A DNA stretch of 64,000 bases from Patescibacteria group bacterium (GTDB taxonomy: Bacteria; Patescibacteriota; Minisyncoccia; Phycocordibacterales; Phycocordibacteraceae): NCBI GenBank assembly GCA_038064695.1, contig JBBTSO010000005.1:106070-170069 (forward strand), in the 5' to 3' direction. The notes beneath the pieces were generated by a model. The model did no database searches and was not told the origin of the DNA. It saw only the letters and a program-made list of their open reading frames with translations. The position numbers and the translations under genes are program-made. Shown here piece after piece: positions 39,111 through 47,564 of this stretch; position 1 is the first letter of the stretch, and each line of letters begins with the position of its first letter.

Positions 39111-41276
39111 TCAATCCTCCTGCAAATATCTCATTTTGGGCCTTATTTTACGGGCTGGTTTAACGGGTTTTGGTAACTTTTCTTCAAGTTTAATAATTTC
39201 GTCCCGCAAAAGTGCGGCGGTTTCAAAGTCCAGCACTTTCACCACTTCTTCCATTTCTGCCTTTTTATCTTTTATGAGCTGTTTTAGGGCCTTGGGGCTG
39301 TCCGCAATAGCCATATCAACCATCAACGCCATAGCGGTCGCTCTATCACGGTCGGCTTTGAGCGAATCAGTAATGTCGTGGATAGTTTTCTTAATAGTTG
39401 CAGGGGTAATGCCATGCTTTTTATTGTATGCCAACTGCACTTCGCGACGGCGGTTTGTTTCTGCAATTGCTTTTGTAAGAGACCCGGTCATTTCGTCTGC
39501 ATACAAAATCACTCGCCCATTTACATTTCGTGCTGCACGCCCAATGGTTTGAATGAGAGATGTTTCGCTTCGTAAAAATCCTTCTTTATCGGCGTCCAAA
39601 ATTCCCACCAACTCCACCTCGGGCAAGTCCAACCCTTCACGGAGCAAGTTCACTCCGACCAAGCAGTCAAATTTTCCACGCCTAAACTCGGTCAAAATAG
39701 TAATACGTTCTATTGTTTTTATATCTGAGTGAATGTATTCCGCTTTCACTCCCTTCTCTTTCAAAAACTCCGCCAAATCTTCCGCCATTTTCTTCGTGAG
39801 TGTGGTCGTGAGTACGCGCCCTCCGCCCGCCACCACTTTTTCAGTCTCTTCAATAAAATCCGCCACTTGCCCCTTATACTGTTCCTCAGTGTTTTCTGCC
39901 TTTTTAGCGAGGGTGTCCCTCGCAGAGACTAAGACTTGGGCAAGCGCCCCGGAGCGGTCTCTAAGAGGGATACCCGAGCGACCTGTGACGGGGCGAAGAA
40001 TAATTTCCGGATCAATGAGCCCTGTGGGGCGAATAATTTGCTCCACCACCTGTGTTGAATGTTCAAACTCATACGCGCTCGGTGTTGCGGACGTGTAAAT
40101 ACGCTGTCCGAGTCGCGCGTCTATTTCGTCAAATTTTAATGGGCGGTTGTCAGCGGCCGATGGTAGACGGAATCCGAAGTCTATCAATGTTTTTTTACGC
40201 GACTGATCCCCCGCATACATTCCTCCCAACTGCGGAATGGTTACGTGTGACTCGTCAATAATAGTGAGAAAGTCTGGCGTGCCATCTTTCTTATGAGGAA
40301 AATATGAAAGCAAAGTGTACGGTGGCTCGCCGGGTTTTCGGCGGTCAAAGTGGCGCGAGTAGTTTTCAATGCCGTTGGTGTAGCCAATTTCGCGAATAAG
40401 CGCCAAGTCATACTTGGTGCGGCGCTTCAAGCGCTCCGCCTCCAACAACTTCCCTTCTGCTTCAAATTTTTTAAGTTGCGATGCTAACTCCGCTTCAATA
40501 TCAACGAGTGCCACCTCTCGTTCTGACTCTGGTGTCACGTAGTGTTTTGCAGGGAAAAGGAAAAAAGTATAAGGTTCGTCAATAATTGACCGCGTTACTC
40601 CGTTGATGCGCGAAATTCTATCAATTTTTGTACCGTCCGGCACAACGCGATAAATAGTGGTTTCATTCACCGGCATCACTTCTATTTGGTTCCCTACCGC
40701 ACGAAAGGTGCCGGGAGTTAAATCAGCGTTCGTGCGCTCAAACTGCAACGCAATCAAAAAGCGCATAAATTCTGCACGTTCAAATGCGTCTCCGACAGAA
40801 ATTTTCCGATGCACCTTTTCATACTCGTCTGGTGAACCAAGTCCGTAAATACACGACACTGACGCCACGATAATGACGTCGGAGCGCGTCAACAGCGCTT
40901 GCGTTGAGGCGTGGCGCAAACGATCAATTTCTGCGTTAATCTGCGCTTCCTTCTCTATATAGGTGTCCGAGTGCGGCACGTACGCTTCCGGTTGGTAGTA
41001 GTCGTAATAAGAGACGAAGTAGTGAACGGCATTTTCAGGGAAAAACTCCCGATACTCTTGGGTTAACTGTGCTGCGAGTGTCTTGTTGTGGGCAATAACG
41101 AGAGTTGGTTTTTGCACCTGTTGAATCACATTTGCTGCCGTAAAGGTCTTTCCAGACCCCGTCACGCCCAGAAGGGTTTGGTGTGTATCACCACGTTTAA
41201 TACCCTTTACCAACGCCTCTATCGCCTTTGGTTGATCCCCTGCGGGTTCATACTCTGAATGGAGTTTAAAATTCAC
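39111..41276 (-). CDS. uvrB: Excinuclease ABC subunit B with repeat-derived insertion
   Basis: GVTGSGKT, YYDYYQPEAY, DESH, NLLREGLD, QTIGRAARN, C-terminal UVR. Confidence 0.98.
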   Translation of the reverse strand: MNFKLHSEYEPAGDQPKAIEALVKGIKRGDTHQTLLGVTGSGKTFTAANVIQQVQKPTLVIAHNKTLAAQLTQEYREFFPENAVHYFVSYYDYYQPEAYVPHSDTYIEKEAQINAEIDRLRHASTQALLTRSDVIIVASVSCIYGLGSPDEYEKVHRKISVGDAFERAEFMRFLIALQFERTNADLTPGTFRAVGNQIEVMPVNETTIYRVVPDGTKIDRISRINGVTRSIIDEPYTFFLFPAKHYVTPESEREVALVDIEAELASQLKKFEAEGKLLEAERLKRRTKYDLALIREIGYTNGIENYSRHFDRRKPGEPPYTLLSYFPHKKDGTPDFLTIIDESHVTIPQLGGMYAGDQSRKKTLIDFGFRLPSAADNRPLKFDEIDARLGQRIYTSATPSAYEFEHSTQVVEQIIRPTGLIDPEIILRPVTGRSGIPLRDRSGALAQVLVSARDTLAKKAENTEEQYKGQVADFIEETEKVVAGGGRVLTTTLTKKMAEDLAEFLKEKGVKAEYIHSDIKTIERITILTEFRRGKFDCLVGVNLLREGLDLPEVELVGILDADKEGFLRSETSLIQTIGRAARNVNGRVILYADEMTGSLTKAIAETNRRREVQLAYNKKHGITPATIKKTIHDITDSLKADRDRATAMALMVDMAIADSPKALKQLIKDKKAEMEEVVKVLDFETAALLRDEIIKLEEKLPKPVKPARKIRPKMRYLQED
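39906..39982. repeat. Palindromic element in frame within uvrB
   Basis: agcgagg...ccgagcgac with nested stems; homologous to intergenic 11492-11576. Confidence 0.85.
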
Positions 41277-41307
41277 CTACCCACTATAGCAAAAGTGAGG
41301 TTATGAA

Positions 41308-41499
41308 TCATTTTCTTGAGCTAGATTTAGTTAGAAAACTAAGAGCGTATAAAACCGCAATAAAAGAAAAACCGATGCCGAGACCCTGAGACATCTCATG
41401 AGAAATTGATCCATCTCTAGAATCTATATAAAGCCCCCACATAGATAAGAGCACTGATAGCCCGGTCCCAACATGAAGGCCTGTTCTATTTTCAATCAT
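41308..41499 (-). CDS. Small 2-TM orphan
   Basis: 63 aa, TTGACA about 30 nt upstream. Confidence 0.55.
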   Translation of the reverse strand: MIENRTGLHVGTGLSVLLSMWGLYIDSRDGSISHEMSQGLGIGFSFIAVLYALSFLTKSSSRK

Positions 41500-41573
41500 A
41501 AATCTATTCTTACGTATTTATAAATTTTTGTCAAATTGTCCTATATTTTCTCAAAAACTCCTCGAAACACTTT

Positions 41574-42293
41574 TTACACTTTCCCCAAAATCATAATTTT
41601 TTGCCAAATGGAGCGTCGTAAGTTGGTGGTTAAATCTTCTATATCATTAACCGCGTCCACCACCACGGGGTCATGGACATGTTCAGCGTAAAGCGCCGCA
41701 AGTTTTCCAAGGAGCGAAAGGAGTTCGGAACAGTAATCTAAGTATCGATCAAGTTGAAATGATGACAGCCCATGAATTTGAACGTGTTCTGTTCTTAAAC
41801 TTGGATTTTGAGTGGTGACAGGGTCTTTGGTGAGCTGGTGCATATCCACCACGTGAGCATACGAGCGAAGTTCATGAAGATAATTCAAAATCCGACCTCG
41901 TTTGACGCGCTGTTCAATGCCCATTAAAAACCACAGCCCTGCGCCAAAGACAATTAAAAGGTTGATACCCGCGTCTAACCCTTGGGTGAGAGTAACAATG
42001 TCAGAACTTCCTTGCCAATTTTCTATTCCAACTTGAACCAACAGAAGCGAAAGTCCTATCAAAGAAAAAATAACAACGGCTATGAGAGTGCGGAGGAGCA
42101 TCGCCGGTTTTTGCATTCGTTCAGCACGCGCAACCGTTTCCTTCGCGGTAACCAGAATACTTCCCGAGAGCGCATAAAGTCCTGAGTCAGGAAAACGCGC
42201 ATGGATGCGTTTGGAAAGTCGCTCTAGCGTACTGATGACTTTTTCACTCTCCAATGTGCTAAACGGCAAAAGTGTACTCTTTTTTAGATTCAT
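41574..42293 (-). CDS. Conserved hypothetical membrane protein
   Basis: RFPDSGL, HVVDMHQLTKDP, RYLDYCSE, IWQKI; start re-called at ATG 42293. Confidence 0.85.
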   Translation of the reverse strand: MNLKKSTLLPFSTLESEKVISTLERLSKRIHARFPDSGLYALSGSILVTAKETVARAERMQKPAMLLRTLIAVVIFSLIGLSLLLVQVGIENWQGSSDIVTLTQGLDAGINLLIVFGAGLWFLMGIEQRVKRGRILNYLHELRSYAHVVDMHQLTKDPVTTQNPSLRTEHVQIHGLSSFQLDRYLDYCSELLSLLGKLAALYAEHVHDPVVVDAVNDIEDLTTNLRRSIWQKIMILGKV

Positions 42294-42294
42294 A

Positions 42295-43533
42295 CTAAAC
42301 CTTTCTACTAGTATATCGCGCCAAAAACTCCTCTCGAAACGCTTCAAACCGATCCTCTAAAATTGATTGACGGATATTTTTCATCAAAGAAATAATGAAA
42401 TAGAGATTGTGTAAGGATGCCAGTGTTGCCCCAAGCATTTCTTTCGCTCTAAAGAGGTGCGCGAGGTACGCTTTGGAAAAGTGTTCTGATACGTACCCCC
42501 CTGTTTCCTCATCCACGAGAGAAAAATCGCGAATATATTCCTCGCGAAGTAAATTCATCTTTCCTCGTGCTGTGTAAATGGTAGCGCTTCGCGCAAGACG
42601 GGTTGGCTGTACACAGTCAAACATATCAATACCGTGGGCAACCCCCTCAAATAAATCTTCTGGCTCTCCAATGCCAAGTAAATGCCTGGGTTTATCAGAT
42701 GGAAGTGGGTTAATAGCCGACCTAAGCGCTTCTCCTAAGTCCGCTTTTGAAAACGACCCTCCAATGCCGTAGCCATCAAAATCCATCGCCCCCAACACCT
42801 CCGCGCTCCACTGTCTCAAATCCGGATACCTCCCTCCCTGCACCACACCAAAAATTCCCTGCTTCTTCCTTGCTTCAAGATTGTTTTGGTGTGTTGCGAG
42901 CGAACGCTCTGCCCATCGGTGAGTGCGTTCACCCGCTTCACGTTGGTACGCATAGTCAGCCGTGGGCGACGTACACTCGTCAAACGCAAAGAAAATATCG
43001 GCGCCAAGCGCGTGTTGAATTTCCACCGAACGCTCTGGCGTAAACCGATGAAGCGAACCATCAAGGTGCGACGTAAACGAAACTCCTTCGTCATCTATAA
43101 TGGCGAGTTTCCCGTGCTGAGAAAGTACACTCTCATCGAAAAAGCTTGGCATCACACTCTCGCCCTCTTGTTTGAATCCCGGGATTCCAACAAATTTGTT
43201 TGAACCATTTTCAAACCCCGCGCCAAGTGAGAATACTTGAAACCCTCCAGAGTCGGTGACGAGCGGTCCCTGGCAATTCATAAAAGAATGAAGTCCACCC
43301 GCCTCCTTCACGACATCCTCACCTGGCTGTAAAAACAAATGGTACGTGTTGGCGAGTGCCACTTCGGCCCCCACCAGTTCTTTTAAATCTTTTGGCGTGA
43401 CAGCCTTCACCGTACCTTTCGTCCCTACCGTGCAAAACGCCGGTGTGGCAAAACTTCCATGCGGAGTAGAAACGACTCCTGCACGCGCTCCACCTTCTAG
43501 GGTTTTCTCAATTGAGAAACGAATTGCACGCAT
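42295..43533 (-). CDS. tgt: tRNA-guanine transglycosylase
   Basis: ANTYHL, DSGGFQVFS, FDEC, QGG, HLLGIG, FDCV, HNL. Confidence 0.96.
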   Translation of the reverse strand: MRAIRFSIEKTLEGGARAGVVSTPHGSFATPAFCTVGTKGTVKAVTPKDLKELVGAEVALANTYHLFLQPGEDVVKEAGGLHSFMNCQGPLVTDSGGFQVFSLGAGFENGSNKFVGIPGFKQEGESVMPSFFDESVLSQHGKLAIIDDEGVSFTSHLDGSLHRFTPERSVEIQHALGADIFFAFDECTSPTADYAYQREAGERTHRWAERSLATHQNNLEARKKQGIFGVVQGGRYPDLRQWSAEVLGAMDFDGYGIGGSFSKADLGEALRSAINPLPSDKPRHLLGIGEPEDLFEGVAHGIDMFDCVQPTRLARSATIYTARGKMNLLREEYIRDFSLVDEETGGYVSEHFSKAYLAHLFRAKEMLGATLASLHNLYFIISLMKNIRQSILEDRFEAFREEFLARYTSRKV

Positions 43534-43545
43534 GTATTTCTTCTA

Positions 43546-43611
43546 AAAAACAAAAGTCCTTACGGAAGGGCTTGAAGCGTACATCTCCCTGGAGTAAGGA
43601 CTTTTGTTTTT
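43546..43611. repeat. Long hairpin with a loop sequence shared with 46341-46392
   Basis: Stem aaaaacaaaagtccttac/gtaaggacttttgttttt; loop aagggcttgaagcgtacatc. Confidence 0.75.
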
Positions 43612-43619
43612 ATTATTAA

Positions 43620-44144
43620 CTACTCTCCCTGAGTTGCTGCTCCCTGCACTTCTCCTGAAAGAATTTCAAGTAACTCAATGTCGAAAATTAATGTCGCGTT
43701 CGCAGGAATAGTTCCTATAGCACGGTCACCGTATCCCAGAGAGGGAGGAATAGCGAGTAAACGGCGTCCACCCTTCTTCATTCCCAATACCCCACGCTCC
43801 CACCCTTGTATGACTAACCCGCTTCCAAGTTGAAAAGAAAATGGCTCCCCACGATTTAGAGATGAATCAAAAACCTCTCCGTTAGGAAGTACACCGGTGT
43901 AGTGCACAACAACAGTATCTCCTATTTTTGCTCCTTCTCCATCACCGGGCGTAATATCAAGTACTCGCAAGTCCGCCACTGTCCCCGTTGCTGCAAGTTC
44001 ATCAAGAATGGCTTGGGCATCAGTAGTGGGAGTAGCGGATGATGTTGGCAAACCACGTAACCCAAAGAAACCAAGAGCAATAAAGAGGACAATAACCACG
44101 AGAGCAAGAATCATAGCGATAGTAGTATTTTTGTTAAGTTTCAT
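43620..44144 (-). CDS. Membrane-anchored FKBP-type peptidyl-prolyl isomerase
   Basis: VHYTG, FDSS, VIQGWERG, IPPSLGYG, TLIFDIEL. Confidence 0.95.
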   Translation of the reverse strand: MKLNKNTTIAMILALVVIVLFIALGFFGLRGLPTSSATPTTDAQAILDELAATGTVADLRVLDITPGDGEGAKIGDTVVVHYTGVLPNGEVFDSSLNRGEPFSFQLGSGLVIQGWERGVLGMKKGGRRLLAIPPSLGYGDRAIGTIPANATLIFDIELLEILSGEVQGAATQGE

Positions 44145-44195
44145 AGCATGTTATTTACCAATAAAGGCTACGTGTAGGGTACCATTTCCCTCCTT

Positions 44196-45626
44196 CTATG
44201 ACGAGGTCTTTTTAACCACAGGTCCGGTGGGTCCGTCCAGAATGGTGAACCCTTCTTTCTGTATATCTTCTCTAAGCTTGTCAGAAAGGGCAAAGTTCTT
44301 TTCCTTTCGTGCCGCTTCTCGTTCAGAAATGAGTGCCTGCACTGCCTCAGGCACGGGAGTTGTTTCAACAACGTGGAGAGTCGTTTTAGAGCGACTATGA
44401 GCACTTCCAAACCCAATACCCAGTACTGAGTCAATCATAAGCACCGTGGCGCGTTTGTCAGCGCCTGGAATGGTCTCGTCTTTCAAAAGATCCCAGAGCA
44501 CTGCCACCGCCTGAGGGGTATTGAAGTCGTCATAAATCGCCTCCTCAAAACGGGTACGGTACCTAGAGTCCACTGAACCACGCCCTTGAAGGTCGGCATA
44601 TATTTTCCACGCACGGTGGAGCGCTGTTTGGCACGCCTGCACGGCCTCCCAGGTAAAATTTATTTTTTGTTTGTAGTGCGCGCCAAGTAACCAGTACCGA
44701 TACGCAAGCGGATGGATACCTCTATCTTTGAGCTGCGTGAGTGTAATGGCATTCCCTTCTGATTTTCCGATGCGAAGCGCGTCCACCGTCACAAACTCGT
44801 GATGCAACCAATACTTCACATACGGTTTATCATTTGCCGCTTCCGCCTGCGCGAGTTCGTTGTTGTGGTGAACAGCAATGTGATCAATACCTCCCGTATG
44901 AATGTCAAAGGTTTTTCCTAAATAATGCGTACTCATCGCCGTACACTCTATATGCCACCCTGGAAACCCTTTTCCCCACGGGGCGTCCCACCCAAGCTCA
45001 GCATTGAATTTCCACAACGCGAAGTCACGAGGATTCTTCTTTTCAACTGAAACTCCCGTGCGAGAGTGATCAACTGACGATGAACCACCTAAGCCTCCGT
45101 ACTGAGGAAACCGTGACGTGTCAAAGTACACCCCATCAGAAGTTTTGTACGCAAACCCTTTGTGGAGCAGCATTTCTACATACGCGCGCATACCTCCCAC
45201 ATGCTCTGAAGCACGCGGCATCGCTAGAGGGGGTTTTATATTCATTTCAGAGAGATCTGTTTTAAACGAGGCGATGTATGTATCCGCAAGACGCGCCATA
45301 TTTTCCATCGTCAGTTCTTTCCCTTCCCGCTTCAACGCAAGCGTCATTTTGTCTTCAGTGTCGTCCGCATCTCCTACCAAATGCCCGAAGTCAGTAATGT
45401 TTATAATTTGCCTCACCGTGTACCCTGCGTATTCAAATGTTCGGCGAACTATGTCTGAAAAAACGTAGGAGCGAAGGTTTCCTAGATGTACGTAGTCATA
45501 CACGGTAGGCCCGCATGTATACATTTTTACCTGCCCCTCTTTAAGAGCCATAAAAGGCTCCTTTTGTTTACTTGCCGTATTAAAAACCTGAATAGTGCTT
45601 TTCAACTTTTTCTTAAAGAAAAACAT
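44196..45626 (-). CDS. cysS: Cysteinyl-tRNA synthetase
   Basis: CGPTVYDYVHLGN, DFALWK, GWHIEC, DIHTGG; KMSKS degenerate to RIGKS. Confidence 0.96.
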   Translation of the reverse strand: MFFFKKKLKSTIQVFNTASKQKEPFMALKEGQVKMYTCGPTVYDYVHLGNLRSYVFSDIVRRTFEYAGYTVRQIINITDFGHLVGDADDTEDKMTLALKREGKELTMENMARLADTYIASFKTDLSEMNIKPPLAMPRASEHVGGMRAYVEMLLHKGFAYKTSDGVYFDTSRFPQYGGLGGSSSVDHSRTGVSVEKKNPRDFALWKFNAELGWDAPWGKGFPGWHIECTAMSTHYLGKTFDIHTGGIDHIAVHHNNELAQAEAANDKPYVKYWLHHEFVTVDALRIGKSEGNAITLTQLKDRGIHPLAYRYWLLGAHYKQKINFTWEAVQACQTALHRAWKIYADLQGRGSVDSRYRTRFEEAIYDDFNTPQAVAVLWDLLKDETIPGADKRATVLMIDSVLGIGFGSAHSRSKTTLHVVETTPVPEAVQALISEREAARKEKNFALSDKLREDIQKEGFTILDGPTGPVVKKTSS

Positions 45627-45690
45627 AAAGACAGTATATCGCTATTTTTCACAAAATTGACAAATAGTGACGTCTATATACATTGTAAGT

Positions 45691-45957
45691 ATGTTGAATG
45701 GAGAAAAAGGTGCCAGTTTCGCAAACGTAATACCTTTTCCAGAAAGAAAAAGATTTAGAACATATGGGGTTGCTGACTATGTGTGGATGGGAACTGCACT
45801 ATGCGGCGCTCTATATTTATTAAAAGAATCTGGCAGTATGATTGGACCAGATTTTTTTAAGTGTCCTTTATGTCACGGTGAACTGTGGGTTTCAGAAAAC
45901 GAACTATGCCCACTAGTATGGGTTACTCCAATTTGGCACATGGGAAATCCCGCATAA
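45691..45957 (+). CDS. Small orphan with hydrophobic helix and CxxC
   Basis: TTGACA-16-TACATT then 6 nt to ATG 45691; terminator-like hairpin 46002-46030. Confidence 0.55.
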   Translation: MLNGEKGASFANVIPFPERKRFRTYGVADYVWMGTALCGALYLLKESGSMIGPDFFKCPLCHGELWVSENELCPLVWVTPIWHMGNPA

Positions 45958-46078
45958 AATTTTTTAATTTCTTTTTAAAGAAAGACGTCAACAAAGTATA
46001 CCAAAAATCCCGTTGTAAGTGGGATTTTTGATATTTTTTATAAAGAAACTGAAAAGTAGTAAGTAGTAGAAAACTACT

Positions 46079-46279
46079 TTATTTCATAATGTGCCGAGCG
46101 GCAACCATACCTAAAACAGCAGGCACTAACCCAGAAATAATTCGTAAACCAACATCAATAAGTGGGTTATCGGTAAGTTCGTGTTTATTTTCTAAATAAT
46201 CTGCAGAGAGGAATCCTGCACCGAGAAGACTAAGTCCCACAATTTCTGTAGTCTTAATTCTACTTTTAATTTTATCCAT
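46079..46279 (-). CDS. Small 2-TM orphan
   Basis: 66 aa from ATG 46279, TTGACA upstream. Confidence 0.55.
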   Translation of the reverse strand: MDKIKSRIKTTEIVGLSLLGAGFLSADYLENKHELTDNPLIDVGLRIISGLVPAVLGMVAARHIMK

Positions 46280-46328
46280 ACTTTGTTTAAAGTAGTATAT
46301 TAAAAAAATAAATGTCAAGCATTTTTAC

Positions 46329-46495
46329 CTAAGCGAAGGAAAAGACTTTTCGAAAGGGCTTGTAGCGTACATCCCGCTTGCGAAAAGCCTTTGATGGAGT
46401 GTAATATACTACCGAACGAAGTGAGAAATGAGAAAGTAAATTTTCTCATTTGAACAAGTGAAGGGAGCAAGAATTTTGTTTATAACAAAATTCTT
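46329..46495. repeat. Intergenic cluster of REP-like palindromic modules
   Basis: Three hairpins separated by taagcga, gaacgaagtgaga, gaacaagtga; gaacgaagtgaga also at about 26856. Confidence 0.7.
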
Positions 46496-47528
46496 ACCAC
46501 TCCAAATTTCCTCCTGTTTTGTACTCAGTTACACGCGTCTCAAAGAAATTTTTCTTCTTTGAAAGGTCAATTGCTTCCGACATCCACGGAAATGGGTTAG
46601 TAACGCCAAATTGCGCAGGTAACCCCACACGCTCCAGTCGTCGGTCCGCAATGTGTTCAATGTACTGTTTAAATCCATCGGCGTTCAAACCAAAAATTCC
46701 TTTGGGAAATACTTCTTGCGCGTAGGTATACTCTAATACCGTTGCCTTGCGCACCAAGTCAATAATTCGATCTTTAAACTTTTGCGTCCAAAGGTCAGGG
46801 TTTTCTTCTTTGAGTCCGTTAATGATTTCAATACCGAAGTTTAAGTGCATGCTTTCGTCACGCATGATGTACTCAATTTGCTCCGCGCTTCCCGTGAGTT
46901 TGTTTTGGCGTTTGAATCCAAACACCACCGCGAACGATGAGTAGAAGAAAATACCTTCCAAAATAAGCGAAAATACGCACCAGTTTTCCAAAAACTTTTG
47001 ATCTGCTTCAAATGTCCCTGTTTTAAATGCACCGTCAAAAACGCCTTCGTTAAAGCCTAAAATGAATTCTTCTTTGTTGTAAATCGCGTCTACCTCACGG
47101 TACATATTGAAGATTTTTGCTTCATCCATTGCCAAGGACTCCACAATGTACTGATATGCGTGCGTGTGGATTGCCTCTTCATACGCCTGGCGCAAAAGGT
47201 ACATGCGGATTTCAGGCGAGGTCACGTGTTTGTAGAATCCCATCACAATGTTGTTGGCGGCAATAGAATCCGCGGTGGTGAAAAACCCGAGCACCGTTTC
47301 AAACGCACTTCTTTCGTCTGCCGTGAGCGCTGTTTTACTTTTCCACTGCTCAATGTCCAACTGCATTGAAATTTCGGTCGGCAACCAGTGGTTCGCGTTT
47401 GCGTTGTTGTAGTACTCCCACGCAAACTTGTGCTTCATCGGATAGAGCTGAATGACGTCAGCTTCAAGCCCGTTGATGATGCGACGATTGTTTACATTGA
47501 CAGGAGGTGCTTTTTTTATGATTGCCAT
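46494..47528 (-). CDS. nrdB: Class I ribonucleotide reductase beta subunit
   Basis: ANHWLPTE, AD ligand, EEAIHTHAY, EGIFFYS, RDESMH, NFFETRVTEY. Confidence 0.96.
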   Translation of the reverse strand: MAIIKKAPPVNVNNRRIINGLEADVIQLYPMKHKFAWEYYNNANANHWLPTEISMQLDIEQWKSKTALTADERSAFETVLGFFTTADSIAANNIVMGFYKHVTSPEIRMYLLRQAYEEAIHTHAYQYIVESLAMDEAKIFNMYREVDAIYNKEEFILGFNEGVFDGAFKTGTFEADQKFLENWCVFSLILEGIFFYSSFAVVFGFKRQNKLTGSAEQIEYIMRDESMHLNFGIEIINGLKEENPDLWTQKFKDRIIDLVRKATVLEYTYAQEVFPKGIFGLNADGFKQYIEHIADRRLERVGLPAQFGVTNPFPWMSEAIDLSKKKNFFETRVTEYKTGGNLEW

Positions 47529-47564
47529 AGTCGGAAGGTGTTAGTTGATAGTGGTTAGCGAAAA

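Noticed and set aside
43534-43619. preQ1 riboswitch before tgt
   Set aside because: No preQ1-I consensus; the hairpin loop recurs after nrdB, an unrelated context.
46494-47528. Class Ic (Mn/Fe, Tyr-less) RNR
   Set aside because: The radical Tyr (EAIHTHAY) and the Asp first ligand are both present.
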